Shown here one piece after another: positions 27,535 through 36,327 of a stretch of DNA of 64,000 nucleotides (the stretch's first letter is position 1; the number at the start of each line of letters is the position of its first letter). The stretch is from Candidatus Sungiibacteriota bacterium (GTDB lineage: Bacteria > Patescibacteriota > Minisyncoccia > Sungbacterales > HO2-52-23). The notes below the pieces were generated by a model. It did not search any database and had not been told where the DNA came from. It worked only from the letters and a program-made list of their open reading frames with translations. The position numbers and the translations under genes were made by a program. Location: positions 250,702-314,701 of the forward strand of contig CP066690.1 of NCBI GenBank assembly GCA_016432465.1, read 5' to 3'.

Positions 27535-28716
27535 CTAGATCAACCATTCCCACTGGATTCTCCAATCCTTTCTAGGAAACATATTGAGATTGGAGGCTAT
27601 TTTGGTATCCCTTGGGGAATCAAATTTGATACTCATTGAGAACCGATTGGCTTTCTTATACTTCTGATTTTTTCCGAGAGATAGTCTCATAATGAATGCA
27701 AATGCAATGTCTTCGAGCAAGGGCAATTTATTTCGAATCTGGTGTAACTCGTCACGATCAATAAGATTGAAGTTTCCATGTGCCAAATCATTTCGGAGAC
27801 GATAAATTGACTTTCCCTCACTACTGTCGAAAAAGCCTTTGGTAAATTCATGATCTTCACCAAAGACTTTCGCTAACGCCAGCTCCGTTTTAGCCCGTAG
27901 ACTTCTAATGCATTGAGAATAGGAGCCAGTTACAAAACCAGATGGATCAGCTTGATATAGCGCATCGTGCAACCTTCGAATGCATTCAGCGGTACATTGT
28001 TTTCTCTCACTTGCACTCGGAACCTCAATACCGAATTCCTTGCTAGCGTCCAACATTCCGTCAACGAAGACAATGGCGAGGCTCTCAACCGCAATGTAGT
28101 AATTCATGAATTGCGTAGATTCATTCGTAGCGCTTCTTCCTGTTGTGTACCAGCTTATTGCTGTATCAATAAAAGCAGCGTCAGCAGTTTTGAGCCCAAG
28201 CATGTATTGTCTAAGCTCTTCAAAGTCTTCATCAGATAAATCGCTTTTTCCGTGTCCAGCACCATACACGTCATATTTCTGAAACCAAATAGCTTTTGCC
28301 CTTATGCGAAAGGCCATTCGATTCACCAGTACACCAATCACATCCAGAGCATCTCTTATTGTTTCAATCTCATGGTCTAGCAGGTATGCAGTACCATCAT
28401 ATACTACAGTATTGTAACCATGACTATTTGGTGGAACGGGCATCGCGATCTTGTGAAGTTCGATTTTCAGCTTTCCGACGGTTGTAGTGATGAAGTCGTT
28501 TGGGATTTCAAAATTAGTTACGACGACAAATTCTATAACTTGATGAGATGTAATGGCTATATAAAAGAGGCATCCATCAATACGCTTATCCTTTTCGTTC
28601 TTACATAGCTCTCTTACCTCTCTTTGTATGGGACTTGAATCCCCAACGTAAATAAGCGGCTTCCATTCACCAATGGTATTATACCTGCCGTCTATCGGCT
28701 TAAAATTAAGTAACAT
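27535..28716 (-). CDS. hypothetical protein with C-terminal HEPN-like R-x4-H motif (possible defence/abortive-infection RNase)
   Basis: YRLRNDLAHGNF fits the HEPN Rx4-6H catalytic motif; otherwise no recognisable family; adjacent to the tRNA-Ala/tRNA-Arg pair. Confidence 0.45.
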   Translation of the reverse strand: MLLNFKPIDGRYNTIGEWKPLIYVGDSSPIQREVRELCKNEKDKRIDGCLFYIAITSHQVIEFVVVTNFEIPNDFITTTVGKLKIELHKIAMPVPPNSHGYNTVVYDGTAYLLDHEIETIRDALDVIGVLVNRMAFRIRAKAIWFQKYDVYGAGHGKSDLSDEDFEELRQYMLGLKTADAAFIDTAISWYTTGRSATNESTQFMNYYIAVESLAIVFVDGMLDASKEFGIEVPSASERKQCTAECIRRLHDALYQADPSGFVTGSYSQCIRSLRAKTELALAKVFGEDHEFTKGFFDSSEGKSIYRLRNDLAHGNFNLIDRDELHQIRNKLPLLEDIAFAFIMRLSLGKNQKYKKANRFSMSIKFDSPRDTKIASNLNMFPRKDWRIQWEWLI

Positions 28717-28762
28717 AGCTAAAAACGAAACAAGTTAATATACGATGGCACAAGTTGATATA

Positions 28763-28833
28763 TGGACCTAGCGAGAATCGAACTCGCGACTAGTCGATGC
28801 CATCGACTTATTTTACCACTAAACTATAGGCCC
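28763..28833 (-). tRNA. tRNA-Ala (anticodon GGC)
   Basis: acceptor GGGCCTA/TAGGTCC with G3:U70 identity pair, anticodon stem AGTCG/CGACT with loop ATGGCAT, T-arm GCGAG-TTCGATT-CTCGC. Confidence 0.8.
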
Positions 28834-28862
28834 TTTAATTTTTTGATTATATTTTTAATTTT

Positions 28863-28934
28863 TGCCCCCACCAGGAATCGGACCTGGATCTAGAGCTTAG
28901 GAGTCTCTCGTTCTTTCCATTGAACTATGGGGGC
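28863..28934 (-). tRNA. tRNA-Arg (anticodon CCT)
   Basis: acceptor GCCCCCA/TGGGGGC, D-arm TAGTTCAATGGAAAGAAC, anticodon loop CTCCTAA with a 4/5 stem, T-arm CCAGG-TCCGATT-CCTGG. Confidence 0.65.
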
Positions 28935-28940
28935 ATGTTC

Positions 28941-29009
28941 TGTCCGCTCCGACGCCCTGCGGGGTCGGAGCCCCGACCTCCGACGTAAAACCGGAGCGTC
29001 GGGGTTGAA
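28941..29009. repeat. REP-like element copy 3 plus a 13-nt duplicate of the tRNA-Arg 5' end (GAACTATGGGGGC)
   Basis: GCTCCGACGCCCTGCGGGGTCGGAGCCCCGACCTCCGACGTAAAACCGGAGCGTCGGGG, then TTGAACTATGGGGGC repeated from 28920. Confidence 0.55.
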
Positions 29010-29021
29010 CTATGGGGGCTC

Positions 29022-30131
29022 TTGCTTATACTTTCTCAAGCATGTTACCATAATTTTATGGCTTCCTCAAACTACGAAGAACAAATTATAGGAACAACTA
29101 AAAAAGTAATGCCGGCGGTGGTGAGTATTATGGTGGGAAAGGATTACGAAGAACTGCTAAAAGAGCATCCGTATGAACTTATGGTGCCGCACGGCGACCA
29201 CCTTGACCTTCCTCCTCCCGAGGAAGAACTGCCCCACACCCAAGGCGGCAAAATACGGATAGGCGGAGGTTCAGGATTTCTTGTTGACTCTTCCGGCCTT
29301 ATTGTTACCAACAAACACGTTGTTCAGGACAAAAACGCGGAATATCTCATAACTGTTGACCGTGAAGGAGACGAGGATGAAACATTCACGGCCAAGGTTC
29401 TCGCGCGCGACCCCTTAAATGATGTTGCCATTTTAAAAATTGAAGGCAAGAATCTTCCAACTATTCCCTTGGGGGATTCCGGAAAAATCCAACTGGGACA
29501 GACAGTACTCGCGGTGGGAACTGCCTTGGGAGAATTCCAAAACACAGTTTCGGCGGGGATTGTTTCCGGTCTTTCGCGATTTATCACTGCCATCACAGAC
29601 ATGGAAGGACACTCACAGCGTCTCGGCGGTCTAATACAGACCGATGCGGCCATTAACCCCGGAAACTCGGGAGGGCCGCTCGTAAATCTTCAGAGCGAAG
29701 CAATAGGTATTAACGCCGCCGTAGTTTTTGGCGCGCAAAATATCGGCTTTGCAATACCTATAAACAAGGCCCGACGCGACTTAGAAGAATTAAAAAAATA
29801 CGGCAGGATACGCCGACCGTTTCTTGGTATACGTTATATCTTATTAAACCCTGCTATACAAAAACGCTTCCGCCTTCCGGTAGCGCAGGGCGCGCTGGTT
29901 CTGCGGGAAGGTATGCCGGGTAAACCGGCTGTTGTCCTCGGCTCCTCGGCCCACAAAGCCGGCATTCAGGAAAAAGACGTTTTATTGGAAATAAACGAAA
30001 CCGCTATAGGAGAAAAGAAGGGGGTGGAAGAAATACTGGAAAATCTTGAGCTTGGTAAAAAAATTCCCGTAAAAATACTGCGGGATGGGAAAGAAGAACT
30101 ACTTACGCTTGTTACGGAAGAAAATCTTTAA
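29022..30131 (+). CDS. htrA: HtrA/DegP-family trypsin-like serine protease with C-terminal PDZ domain
   Basis: catalytic triad context VTNKHVV (His), ..NDVAILKI (Asp), GNSGGPLVN (Ser); PDZ-like C-terminus. Confidence 0.85.
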   Translation: MLILSQACYHNFMASSNYEEQIIGTTKKVMPAVVSIMVGKDYEELLKEHPYELMVPHGDHLDLPPPEEELPHTQGGKIRIGGGSGFLVDSSGLIVTNKHVVQDKNAEYLITVDREGDEDETFTAKVLARDPLNDVAILKIEGKNLPTIPLGDSGKIQLGQTVLAVGTALGEFQNTVSAGIVSGLSRFITAITDMEGHSQRLGGLIQTDAAINPGNSGGPLVNLQSEAIGINAAVVFGAQNIGFAIPINKARRDLEELKKYGRIRRPFLGIRYILLNPAIQKRFRLPVAQGALVLREGMPGKPAVVLGSSAHKAGIQEKDVLLEINETAIGEKKGVEEILENLELGKKIPVKILRDGKEELLTLVTEENL

Positions 30132-30137
30132 TACCGG

Positions 30138-30515
30138 CTATCTGCCAAGAGCGCTCTGTATTTTTTCTACAATCTCTTCAAGCGAAAAGTTGGTCTTCAC
30201 GAGATAATCAAGAGCTCCGAGGCGTTTTGCCTCTTCAACATCTGACCATTCCGCCAAGTTGGAAAGCACAATAACTTTTGTTCCCGGCCCACCCGGCTGG
30301 CGGCGAATAGTCCGCAGGGTATCAAAACCGTTTTGATCAGGAAGGAGAATATCCAAAAGTATCAAATCCGGTTTCACCTCCGGAAATTTTTTAATTCCTT
30401 CAACTCCTGTCTTGGCCGTAACAACCTCAAAACCGGCTTCCTGCAATTCATGAACCAAAAGACCCACCATAAAGACATCATCTTCTATTAATAGGATTTT
30501 TTTATTTTCAGTCAT
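30138..30515 (-). CDS. stand-alone response-regulator receiver (CheY-like) domain protein
   Basis: KILLIEDD...D..ILLDILLPDQNG...KVIVLSNL...LGALDYLVK covers the conserved D-D-T/S-K receiver positions; 125 aa. Confidence 0.8.
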   Translation of the reverse strand: MTENKKILLIEDDVFMVGLLVHELQEAGFEVVTAKTGVEGIKKFPEVKPDLILLDILLPDQNGFDTLRTIRRQPGGPGTKVIVLSNLAEWSDVEEAKRLGALDYLVKTNFSLEEIVEKIQSALGR

Positions 30516-30577
30516 AACCTGATAATACCAGTAAAAATAGTTGACGGTCTATAGTCTACAAAGATTTTCTATAGCTG

Positions 30578-30649
30578 GGTGTCCAGAGGGAATCGAACCC
30601 TCGTAGCCGCCTCCACAGGGCGGAGCTCTACCACTAAGCTATGGACACC
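30578..30649 (-). tRNA. tRNA-His (anticodon GTG) with encoded G-1
   Basis: G-1 followed by acceptor GTGTCCA/TGGACAC and C73, anticodon stem CCGCC/GGCGG with loop CTGTGGA, T-arm GAGGG-TTCGATT-CCCTC. Confidence 0.8.
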
Positions 30650-31128
30650 GTAAGTCTTTCCTTCTCCGTATTGTAATGATGAACCAGAAAATGGCAATTG
30701 TGGCACAACCAACACAAGTTTTTCAGCTTATTATTTTTACGGTTTTGGTCAAAGTGATGAACTACTAGGACCTGTAAATCTCTTTGACAACATAATCTAC
30801 AAACCGGCGGAATCCTACTGCGCAGCAGCATATTTTTATACGCATTTTCTCCGTGCCGCCAGTTGGCATGACTTGATCCGGTAAAAGTTGAGTGTCTCCA
30901 CTTCAGTTGACAAGCCCTACTGCAAAAATACTTTTTACTTTTAGACCTATTAAGAAATCTCTTTTGCCTATAAATCTTTTTTCGGCACAGAAAACAGGCC
31001 ACAATTCTTCCATTCTTTCTGCTCCGACGCTCGCATACCAATGAGCAGTATTTACCCCATCCCTTCTTAAGCCAGTGCGGTTTGGCATAAAAAGGCTTTT
31101 TACACAGCCTACAATTTACTTGCGGCAC
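30634..31128 (-). CDS. HNH endonuclease with N-terminal zinc-ribbons (paralog 1)
   Basis: HNH motif LVVHHFDQNRKNNKLKNLCWLCHNCH; CxxC pairs N-terminal. Confidence 0.7.
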   Translation of the reverse strand: MPQVNCRLCKKPFYAKPHWLKKGWGKYCSLVCERRSRKNGRIVACFLCRKKIYRQKRFLNRSKSKKYFCSRACQLKWRHSTFTGSSHANWRHGENAYKNMLLRSRIPPVCRLCCQRDLQVLVVHHFDQNRKNNKLKNLCWLCHNCHFLVHHYNTEKERLTVSIA

Positions 31129-31693
31129 GATTGATTACGTTTAGTATTGTATTACGATGAAGCACAGTGTGACAATTATGGCAGAGCCACATTAAATTAC
31201 TTATCCTATTATTCAGGTGATTACGGTCTTTATGGTGCACGACCAGTACACGTTTGTCAGTAATCTTGCAGAAACTGCATACTTCTTCTTTTGATGCTCG
31301 TCTCAAAAAGGCGCGGTAGGAGCCGCTAGAAAAACCGCCCCTCCAGTTTAAATGCCTTGGTCCGATGTACTGCAGCGTATTACGCCAGATTGTTTGACAC
31401 GATTTGTTACAAAAATATTTCTTGCTTTTTGATTTTTGTAAATCCGCCCTTGATCTATAAATTGATTTTCCGCACAAAAAGCACGCAAGTATTTTTCCTG
31501 TTTTCTGCCCCTCGTTTTTACACTTCAGTGAACAGTACTTGCCCCAGCCGGCCCTTCTAAAGGAGGGTCGCACATAGAATCTGGATTTACAAACCCTACA
31601 CCGAGTAGCCTGCATGTAACTATAGTATAGACGCAAAGAATGAAAATGGCAAACAGGGGGCTTCAGGTTATCCACAACCTCTCGTGATAACAA
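31109..31693 (-). CDS. HNH endonuclease with N-terminal zinc-ribbons (paralog 2)
   Basis: HNH motif LVVHHKDRNHLNNRISNLMWLCHNCH; same architecture as 30634-31128; the start is probably the internal MQATRC. Confidence 0.7.
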   Translation of the reverse strand: MLSREVVDNLKPPVCHFHSLRLYYSYMQATRCRVCKSRFYVRPSFRRAGWGKYCSLKCKNEGQKTGKILACFLCGKSIYRSRADLQKSKSKKYFCNKSCQTIWRNTLQYIGPRHLNWRGGFSSGSYRAFLRRASKEEVCSFCKITDKRVLVVHHKDRNHLNNRISNLMWLCHNCHTVLHRNTILNVINRAASKL

Positions 31694-31724
31694 AGGGGAT
31701 TACGGGAATTTGTAAAATATAGCT

Positions 31725-33098
31725 TTGGGTGGTATCATCTCCTATATGGCAAAACCAAAAACTGATAAAAATAAAGAGGCGTCAAAAGCGAAAAAAATCA
31801 AACCGGAACTGCCGGGCGGATTTCGCGACTTCGGACCGGCCGAGGCCATAATCAAACAGCGGTTGATTGAGCGTCTGCGAAAAACTTTTGAGGACTTTGG
31901 TTTTGACCCCATAGAAACTCCGGCGGTGGAACGAACAGAAATACTTACCGGCGGCGAAAAAGAATCGCAGAAAATTATCTTTAACGTAAAAGGGTCAAAG
32001 GAGAAAAAATCGGATATGTCGCTTCGGTTTGACCTTACTGTTCCTTTGGCGCGCTTTTTGGCGGCCAATCCGGAAACCCCCAAACCCTTTCGCCGTTACC
32101 AAATTGGTCGCGCGTGGCGCGGCGAATCGCCCCAAGCCGGCCGTTACCGCGAATTTACCCAAGCCGATATTGATATTGTCGGCTCCTCTTCTATGGAAGC
32201 GGATTCAGAAATTACTGCCCTTGTTTATCAGATTTTTAAAAATCTTGGTATTAAACGATTCGTTATCAAAATCAACAACCGCAAAATTTTAAACGGCCTT
32301 CCGCAACTTGCCGGCTTTCCCGAAAAAAAACTCCTGGAGACCCTGCGTATTATAGACAAAAAAGATAAAATCGGCGAGGCGGCGGTCAAAAAAGAACTGA
32401 CAAAACTATTAAAAAAGAAAGCCGCCGAAAAAGTGGAAGAGTTCATCGGGCTTTCCGGCGACACCAAAAATAAACTTATGCGCGCTCGCGAACTTTTTCG
32501 TGAAAATAAAGAAGCTGCGGAGGGGGTGGACGAACTCGTGGAGATAGCAAGAAATCTTAATGCTTCCGGCGTTGACCCCAACAACTGGAAAATTGATTTT
32601 TCCACTGTCCGGGGACTGGATTATTACACCGGCCCTGTTTTTGAGACAGTGCTTCTTGCGACTCCGGAATACGGAAGCGTAGCCTCGGGCGGACGATATG
32701 ACAACCTTATGATCCCTTTCACTGGTCAGAAAATTCCAGCCGTAGGGATTTCTATAGGAGTAGATCGCTTTCTTGCGGCCTTGGATAAATTGGGGCTCCT
32801 GAAAAAGAGGCCAACCAGGGTGAAAATATTGATCCTGAATCTTGGCCCTGAATTTAGACCCGAATACTTCTCGTTTGCCAAAAATCTGCGTGGAGCAAAC
32901 TTAAATACGGAACTTTATGTGGGAGACGACCGCTCTTTTCAAGCCCAACTGGCTTACGCTGTAAAAAAAGAAATCCCGTATGTTTTGATCTACGGAGATC
33001 AGGACAGAAAAAAAGGCGTGGTGACCATCAGGAATCTCGTTACGCGCGAGCAAAAAGAAATCCCCAAAGGAAATATCCTGCTGTATTTCAAAAAATAA
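31725..33098 (+). CDS. hisS: histidyl-tRNA synthetase
   Basis: class II motif 2 FRRYQIGRAWRGESPQAGRYREFTQADIDIVG; C-terminal anticodon-binding domain. Confidence 0.9.
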   Translation: MGGIISYMAKPKTDKNKEASKAKKIKPELPGGFRDFGPAEAIIKQRLIERLRKTFEDFGFDPIETPAVERTEILTGGEKESQKIIFNVKGSKEKKSDMSLRFDLTVPLARFLAANPETPKPFRRYQIGRAWRGESPQAGRYREFTQADIDIVGSSSMEADSEITALVYQIFKNLGIKRFVIKINNRKILNGLPQLAGFPEKKLLETLRIIDKKDKIGEAAVKKELTKLLKKKAAEKVEEFIGLSGDTKNKLMRARELFRENKEAAEGVDELVEIARNLNASGVDPNNWKIDFSTVRGLDYYTGPVFETVLLATPEYGSVASGGRYDNLMIPFTGQKIPAVGISIGVDRFLAALDKLGLLKKRPTRVKILILNLGPEFRPEYFSFAKNLRGANLNTELYVGDDRSFQAQLAYAVKKEIPYVLIYGDQDRKKGVVTIRNLVTREQKEIPKGNILLYFKK

Positions 33099-33396
33099 CC
33101 GCTTCCCGCAAATTCTCAGCCAGAGGCTGATTCGCCTTTGACGGAAAATAGGGTTCGAGTCCCGATGGCAAGCCACCGAGGATCCTCGACAAAGTCGGGA
33201 TCGGTGTTTTTCTCTGGGTTTTTCTATTGTTCCTATACTTTAACTTCTGCGGCGATAGTCGCCTCTTTCCTTTTTCATAAAAATATCGGCGATCTCGGAC
33301 GCAACGAGATACGTCTCATGGGAGACGAAACATCTTTTTAACTCGCGATATGGACAGTAATTTTTGATTCTTCGGGTCAGCCAGCGCTTCGGCCAA

Positions 33397-33675
33397 TCAT
33401 GCCGTATCTTTTAGGTACTCATCCATTTCCTCTGCCGTGGAAAAAGCCGGGGAGATATTTTTCCAATTACGAAAGTCTTTACTGGCCCGACGGAGAAGCT
33501 CTGCGGTTTTTTTATTGGGTCGCAGCGGTACGAAAAAATTTACCCGCGGTTCGCGGCCTAACTGTTTGAGGTACACGTTAACTATGGTGCTAAGCGGTAT
33601 ACCGAGCTCTTTGGCCACTTTCTGCGCCCGCTTCTTCACGTCTACGTCGGCCTTTATACTGATTAGGGTTTTCAT
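33397..33675 (-). CDS. RelB/DinJ-like ribbon-helix-helix antitoxin (orphan; no toxin ORF detected)
   Basis: N-terminal ISIKADVDVKKRAQKVAKELGIPLSTIVNVYLKQL resembles the DinJ/RelB RHH fold; 92 aa. Confidence 0.45.
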   Translation of the reverse strand: MKTLISIKADVDVKKRAQKVAKELGIPLSTIVNVYLKQLGREPRVNFFVPLRPNKKTAELLRRASKDFRNWKNISPAFSTAEEMDEYLKDTA

Positions 33676-33743
33676 ACATCTATAGTATATACAACGGTCG
33701 TTATGTGTTAAGCCGCAAGCGGCCGCATTGTTTTTCTAAAACT

Positions 33744-33816
33744 TCCGCCCAGAGGGACTTGGACCCCCAACCTTCTCCTTAGAACGGAGTTGCTCTGTCC
33801 ATTGAGCTATGGGCGG
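33744..33816 (-). tRNA. tRNA-Arg (anticodon TCT), with non-canonical T-loop (TCCAAGT) and an A:A mismatch in the anticodon stem
   Basis: acceptor CCGCCCA/TGGGCGG, D-arm TAGCTCAATGGACAGAGC, anticodon loop GTTCTAA; the deviations may indicate a weakly functional gene or pseudogene. Confidence 0.5.
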
Positions 33817-33833
33817 ACTTTCAAAATTATAAT

Positions 33834-34127
33834 CTATTTTTTAGTATTTGTCACCTTTAAAAGCTCATTAAATTTTTTATCGCGCTCATCCAGAATATTA
33901 ATAACTTCTTCCAGCCCGTCCTTGGTCAATATTTGAGTGGCCGCGGTAACTTCTTCCGGTACCTGCGGAACAAAAACCGTGCGATAAAAAATATAGCCGT
34001 CCAAAAGTACTAAAATCAAAGAGAGAGCCATAAGTATCAAAACCCACGCAAAAATAACGTTGTCTTCGCTTAAATTACGTGGTCCCAACAAGGGTATTTT
34101 ATTTTTAAAACTTGGGAGAACTCTCAT
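33834..34127 (-). CDS. small membrane protein at the end of the pilus-assembly operon
   Basis: 97 aa, one TM helix; contiguous with the pilMNO-like genes. Confidence 0.35.
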   Translation of the reverse strand: MRVLPSFKNKIPLLGPRNLSEDNVIFAWVLILMALSLILVLLDGYIFYRTVFVPQVPEEVTAATQILTKDGLEEVINILDERDKKFNELLKVTNTKK

Positions 34128-34131
34128 AAAT

Positions 34132-34737
34132 CTATAGCGCCCTTACGCTTATTAACAAAATAATACGGCTTGCGGGTCCAATCGTTTTACTTGATGCTGT
34201 TGTTTCGCGGCCCAGTTTTTGAAATATAAGTTCCTCTGGACGAATTTCAAACGGCGCAAGCTCAAGCAGTCTCAAGTATTGACGCGTGCTACTTTCGCTC
34301 CCATCAATAGTAACGCGGAAAAATAGAGCTTTCCCCTTGCTTTTTATCTCATCAAAATCAAGGGCCATGAGATTATTGGTCTTTTTGGCCATGCCCTCCA
34401 GAAATTCTATAAAAGCAACCGGCCGTTCGCGATCAACCGTAAAAGCTTCAATCCGGGAAAAATCTTTGACGCGGTCCTCAAGGAATTTTGTGGAAACACG
34501 GGCCGACTTTCGTTCTTCCTCCAGTAAAACAATGCCCGCTTTTGTTTTTTTAATATTTTCTGACGCCTCGCGCACCGAATTCCCCAACCACAAGAAAAAC
34601 AGCAAAAAACCAACCGCAAGAAATACAACAACCGAGGTGTAAATTATTATTTTTTTGTATTCGTGGGAATTCATAAAATCACAGGGAGTGAAGAACTTTA
34701 AGTTTTCCTTGCAGAGTAAAATCAATGTTTTCTTCAC
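34132..34737 (-). CDS. PilO-like type IV pilus assembly protein
   Basis: bitopic membrane protein of about 200 aa directly downstream of pilN; coiled-coil then periplasmic domain. Confidence 0.5.
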   Translation of the reverse strand: MKKTLILLCKENLKFFTPCDFMNSHEYKKIIIYTSVVVFLAVGFLLFFLWLGNSVREASENIKKTKAGIVLLEEERKSARVSTKFLEDRVKDFSRIEAFTVDRERPVAFIEFLEGMAKKTNNLMALDFDEIKSKGKALFFRVTIDGSESSTRQYLRLLELAPFEIRPEELIFQKLGRETTASSKTIGPASRIILLISVRAL

Positions 34738-35227
34738 GTAGAATGTCGCTCAGACGAAGAGTAATCTCCTGAAACCGGCCCGAGTCGCGCAGGCGTTTCT
34801 CATAACTCAACAGGTCGCTTCTGGTTCTGGACCTTCCTACTAATGCCACTAAACCATCTTTTTTAACGGTAACGGCTTCCAGCTTAATCCCGCCCCCGGC
34901 TTCTCCAAATAAAAAATCCAAAAAGGACGAGGCGCGAGGCGGAGTTTGGGTAAAACTTTTAATAGCGTCTGCGCTCGTACGCATCTTATGAATACGCGCT
35001 AAGGTTATATCAATTCCTAGTTTGCGCGAGGCCTGTTCTTCCAAAATAAGAGACCTCTCAACCTCTTTTTGCTCCAAATACAAAGGCAAAAAAGAAGGTA
35101 TAAGAAGCACCGAACCAACGCCAAAAGCCGCTGCAGCGCCCAACGCGAAAAGCCGCAGGAGACGTCCTTTTTCTTCCAGCCTTACAGCTCTCTTTTTTTC
35201 AGGTGGTAAAAGATTTATAGTAAGCAT
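34679..35227 (-). CDS. pilN: type IV pilus assembly protein PilN
   Basis: N-terminal INLLPPEKK motif, single TM helix; follows pilM. Confidence 0.65.
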   Translation of the reverse strand: MLTINLLPPEKKRAVRLEEKGRLLRLFALGAAAAFGVGSVLLIPSFLPLYLEQKEVERSLILEEQASRKLGIDITLARIHKMRTSADAIKSFTQTPPRASSFLDFLFGEAGGGIKLEAVTVKKDGLVALVGRSRTRSDLLSYEKRLRDSGRFQEITLRLSDILREENIDFTLQGKLKVLHSL

Positions 35228-36313
35228 TTATCTTGCGCCTCGCAGGGCCAAACCAATAGCCGTGGCGTAGGCGAGTGATTGATTTTTGGGTATAGGCGGG
35301 ACAACAGGACCGCCCATTTTTCTAAGTACGATAAAAGGGTCCGTATGGTGCACCGGAATTTTAAGGGCACTCGCAAGATATGTATCAAGCCCGTAAAGAT
35401 TGGCGTCGCCGCCGGAAAGAAGAATAGAAGCGACGCCGGGACTTGCGCCATGCAAATGCGCCGCGTGACTTTCGTAGTAAGCAACCGCGTGTTTCAGCTC
35501 TTCGGCAAGCGTGGAGACCAGCGGCGAAAGGGCCGTAAAAATTTTTCCCTCAAAAGCTTTTTTGTTAAGCCCAAACTCTTTCTTCAGCGCCGTAGCTTTT
35601 TCTTCGCTCACGGCAAGGGCCTTCACAATATTTTCTTCAATAACGCGCCCCCCTAAATCAACCGTGCGCGTAAATACGATGGCGCCCCCAGAAACTATAA
35701 TAAAACTTGTGCGGTTGCGCCCCATATCTACTATTATTTTAGCCTCGTGCGTCCTGACTTCAGGGACCACGGCGCGAATAACCGCCTGTAGCTCCAGCTC
35801 AAGCGCAACTGGCCTAAATCCCACTCGGGAAAGCACTCGCACATAAGAATCTACGGTGGTTTTGGGATAAGCCGTAATCACTACGTCAAAATGGTCCAAG
35901 TGATCTTCCAACGGCTCAACTATTTCGTAATCAAAAACCAAGTCCTCAACCGGCATAGGAACATTGGCCTCAATCTCCCAACGGACAGCTCCGGCGACTT
36001 CATCCCTTTTCACGCGGGGAAGCTGTATAAGACGAAGGAAACTTTTTTCTTCCGGCAGAGAAGCAACCACAAATGACGAGCGAAGCTCGCGCCCCTCCTT
36101 ACCAAGCCATGAGGATAAAATTTTAACCAGCGCTTCTTCGTCTTTCACTTCCCCACCAACAATCAGGTTTGCTGGAATCGTAAATTCCCCGAATAAACTA
36201 AGAAGGCCCCCCGAGCGCAGTTTTATATATTTTATAGAGGTGTCGGAAATATCCAGCCCAACCACGGGAAACTTTATGAGCGAGCGCACCAGATTTACAA
36301 TTTTTTCCTTCAT
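35228..36313 (-). CDS. pilM: type IV pilus assembly ATPase-fold protein PilM
   Basis: actin-like fold: VVGLDISDTSIKYIKL N-terminus; 361 aa. Confidence 0.8.
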   Translation of the reverse strand: MKEKIVNLVRSLIKFPVVGLDISDTSIKYIKLRSGGLLSLFGEFTIPANLIVGGEVKDEEALVKILSSWLGKEGRELRSSFVVASLPEEKSFLRLIQLPRVKRDEVAGAVRWEIEANVPMPVEDLVFDYEIVEPLEDHLDHFDVVITAYPKTTVDSYVRVLSRVGFRPVALELELQAVIRAVVPEVRTHEAKIIVDMGRNRTSFIIVSGGAIVFTRTVDLGGRVIEENIVKALAVSEEKATALKKEFGLNKKAFEGKIFTALSPLVSTLAEELKHAVAYYESHAAHLHGASPGVASILLSGGDANLYGLDTYLASALKIPVHHTDPFIVLRKMGGPVVPPIPKNQSLAYATAIGLALRGAR

Positions 36314-36327
36314 AAGTATATTATACC

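Noticed and set aside
33130-33185. Possible tRNA downstream of hisS (GGGTTCGAGTCCC resembles a T-arm)
   Set aside because: No acceptor pairing or anticodon arm could be built, so it is probably another T-arm-like fragment, and it is too weak to list.
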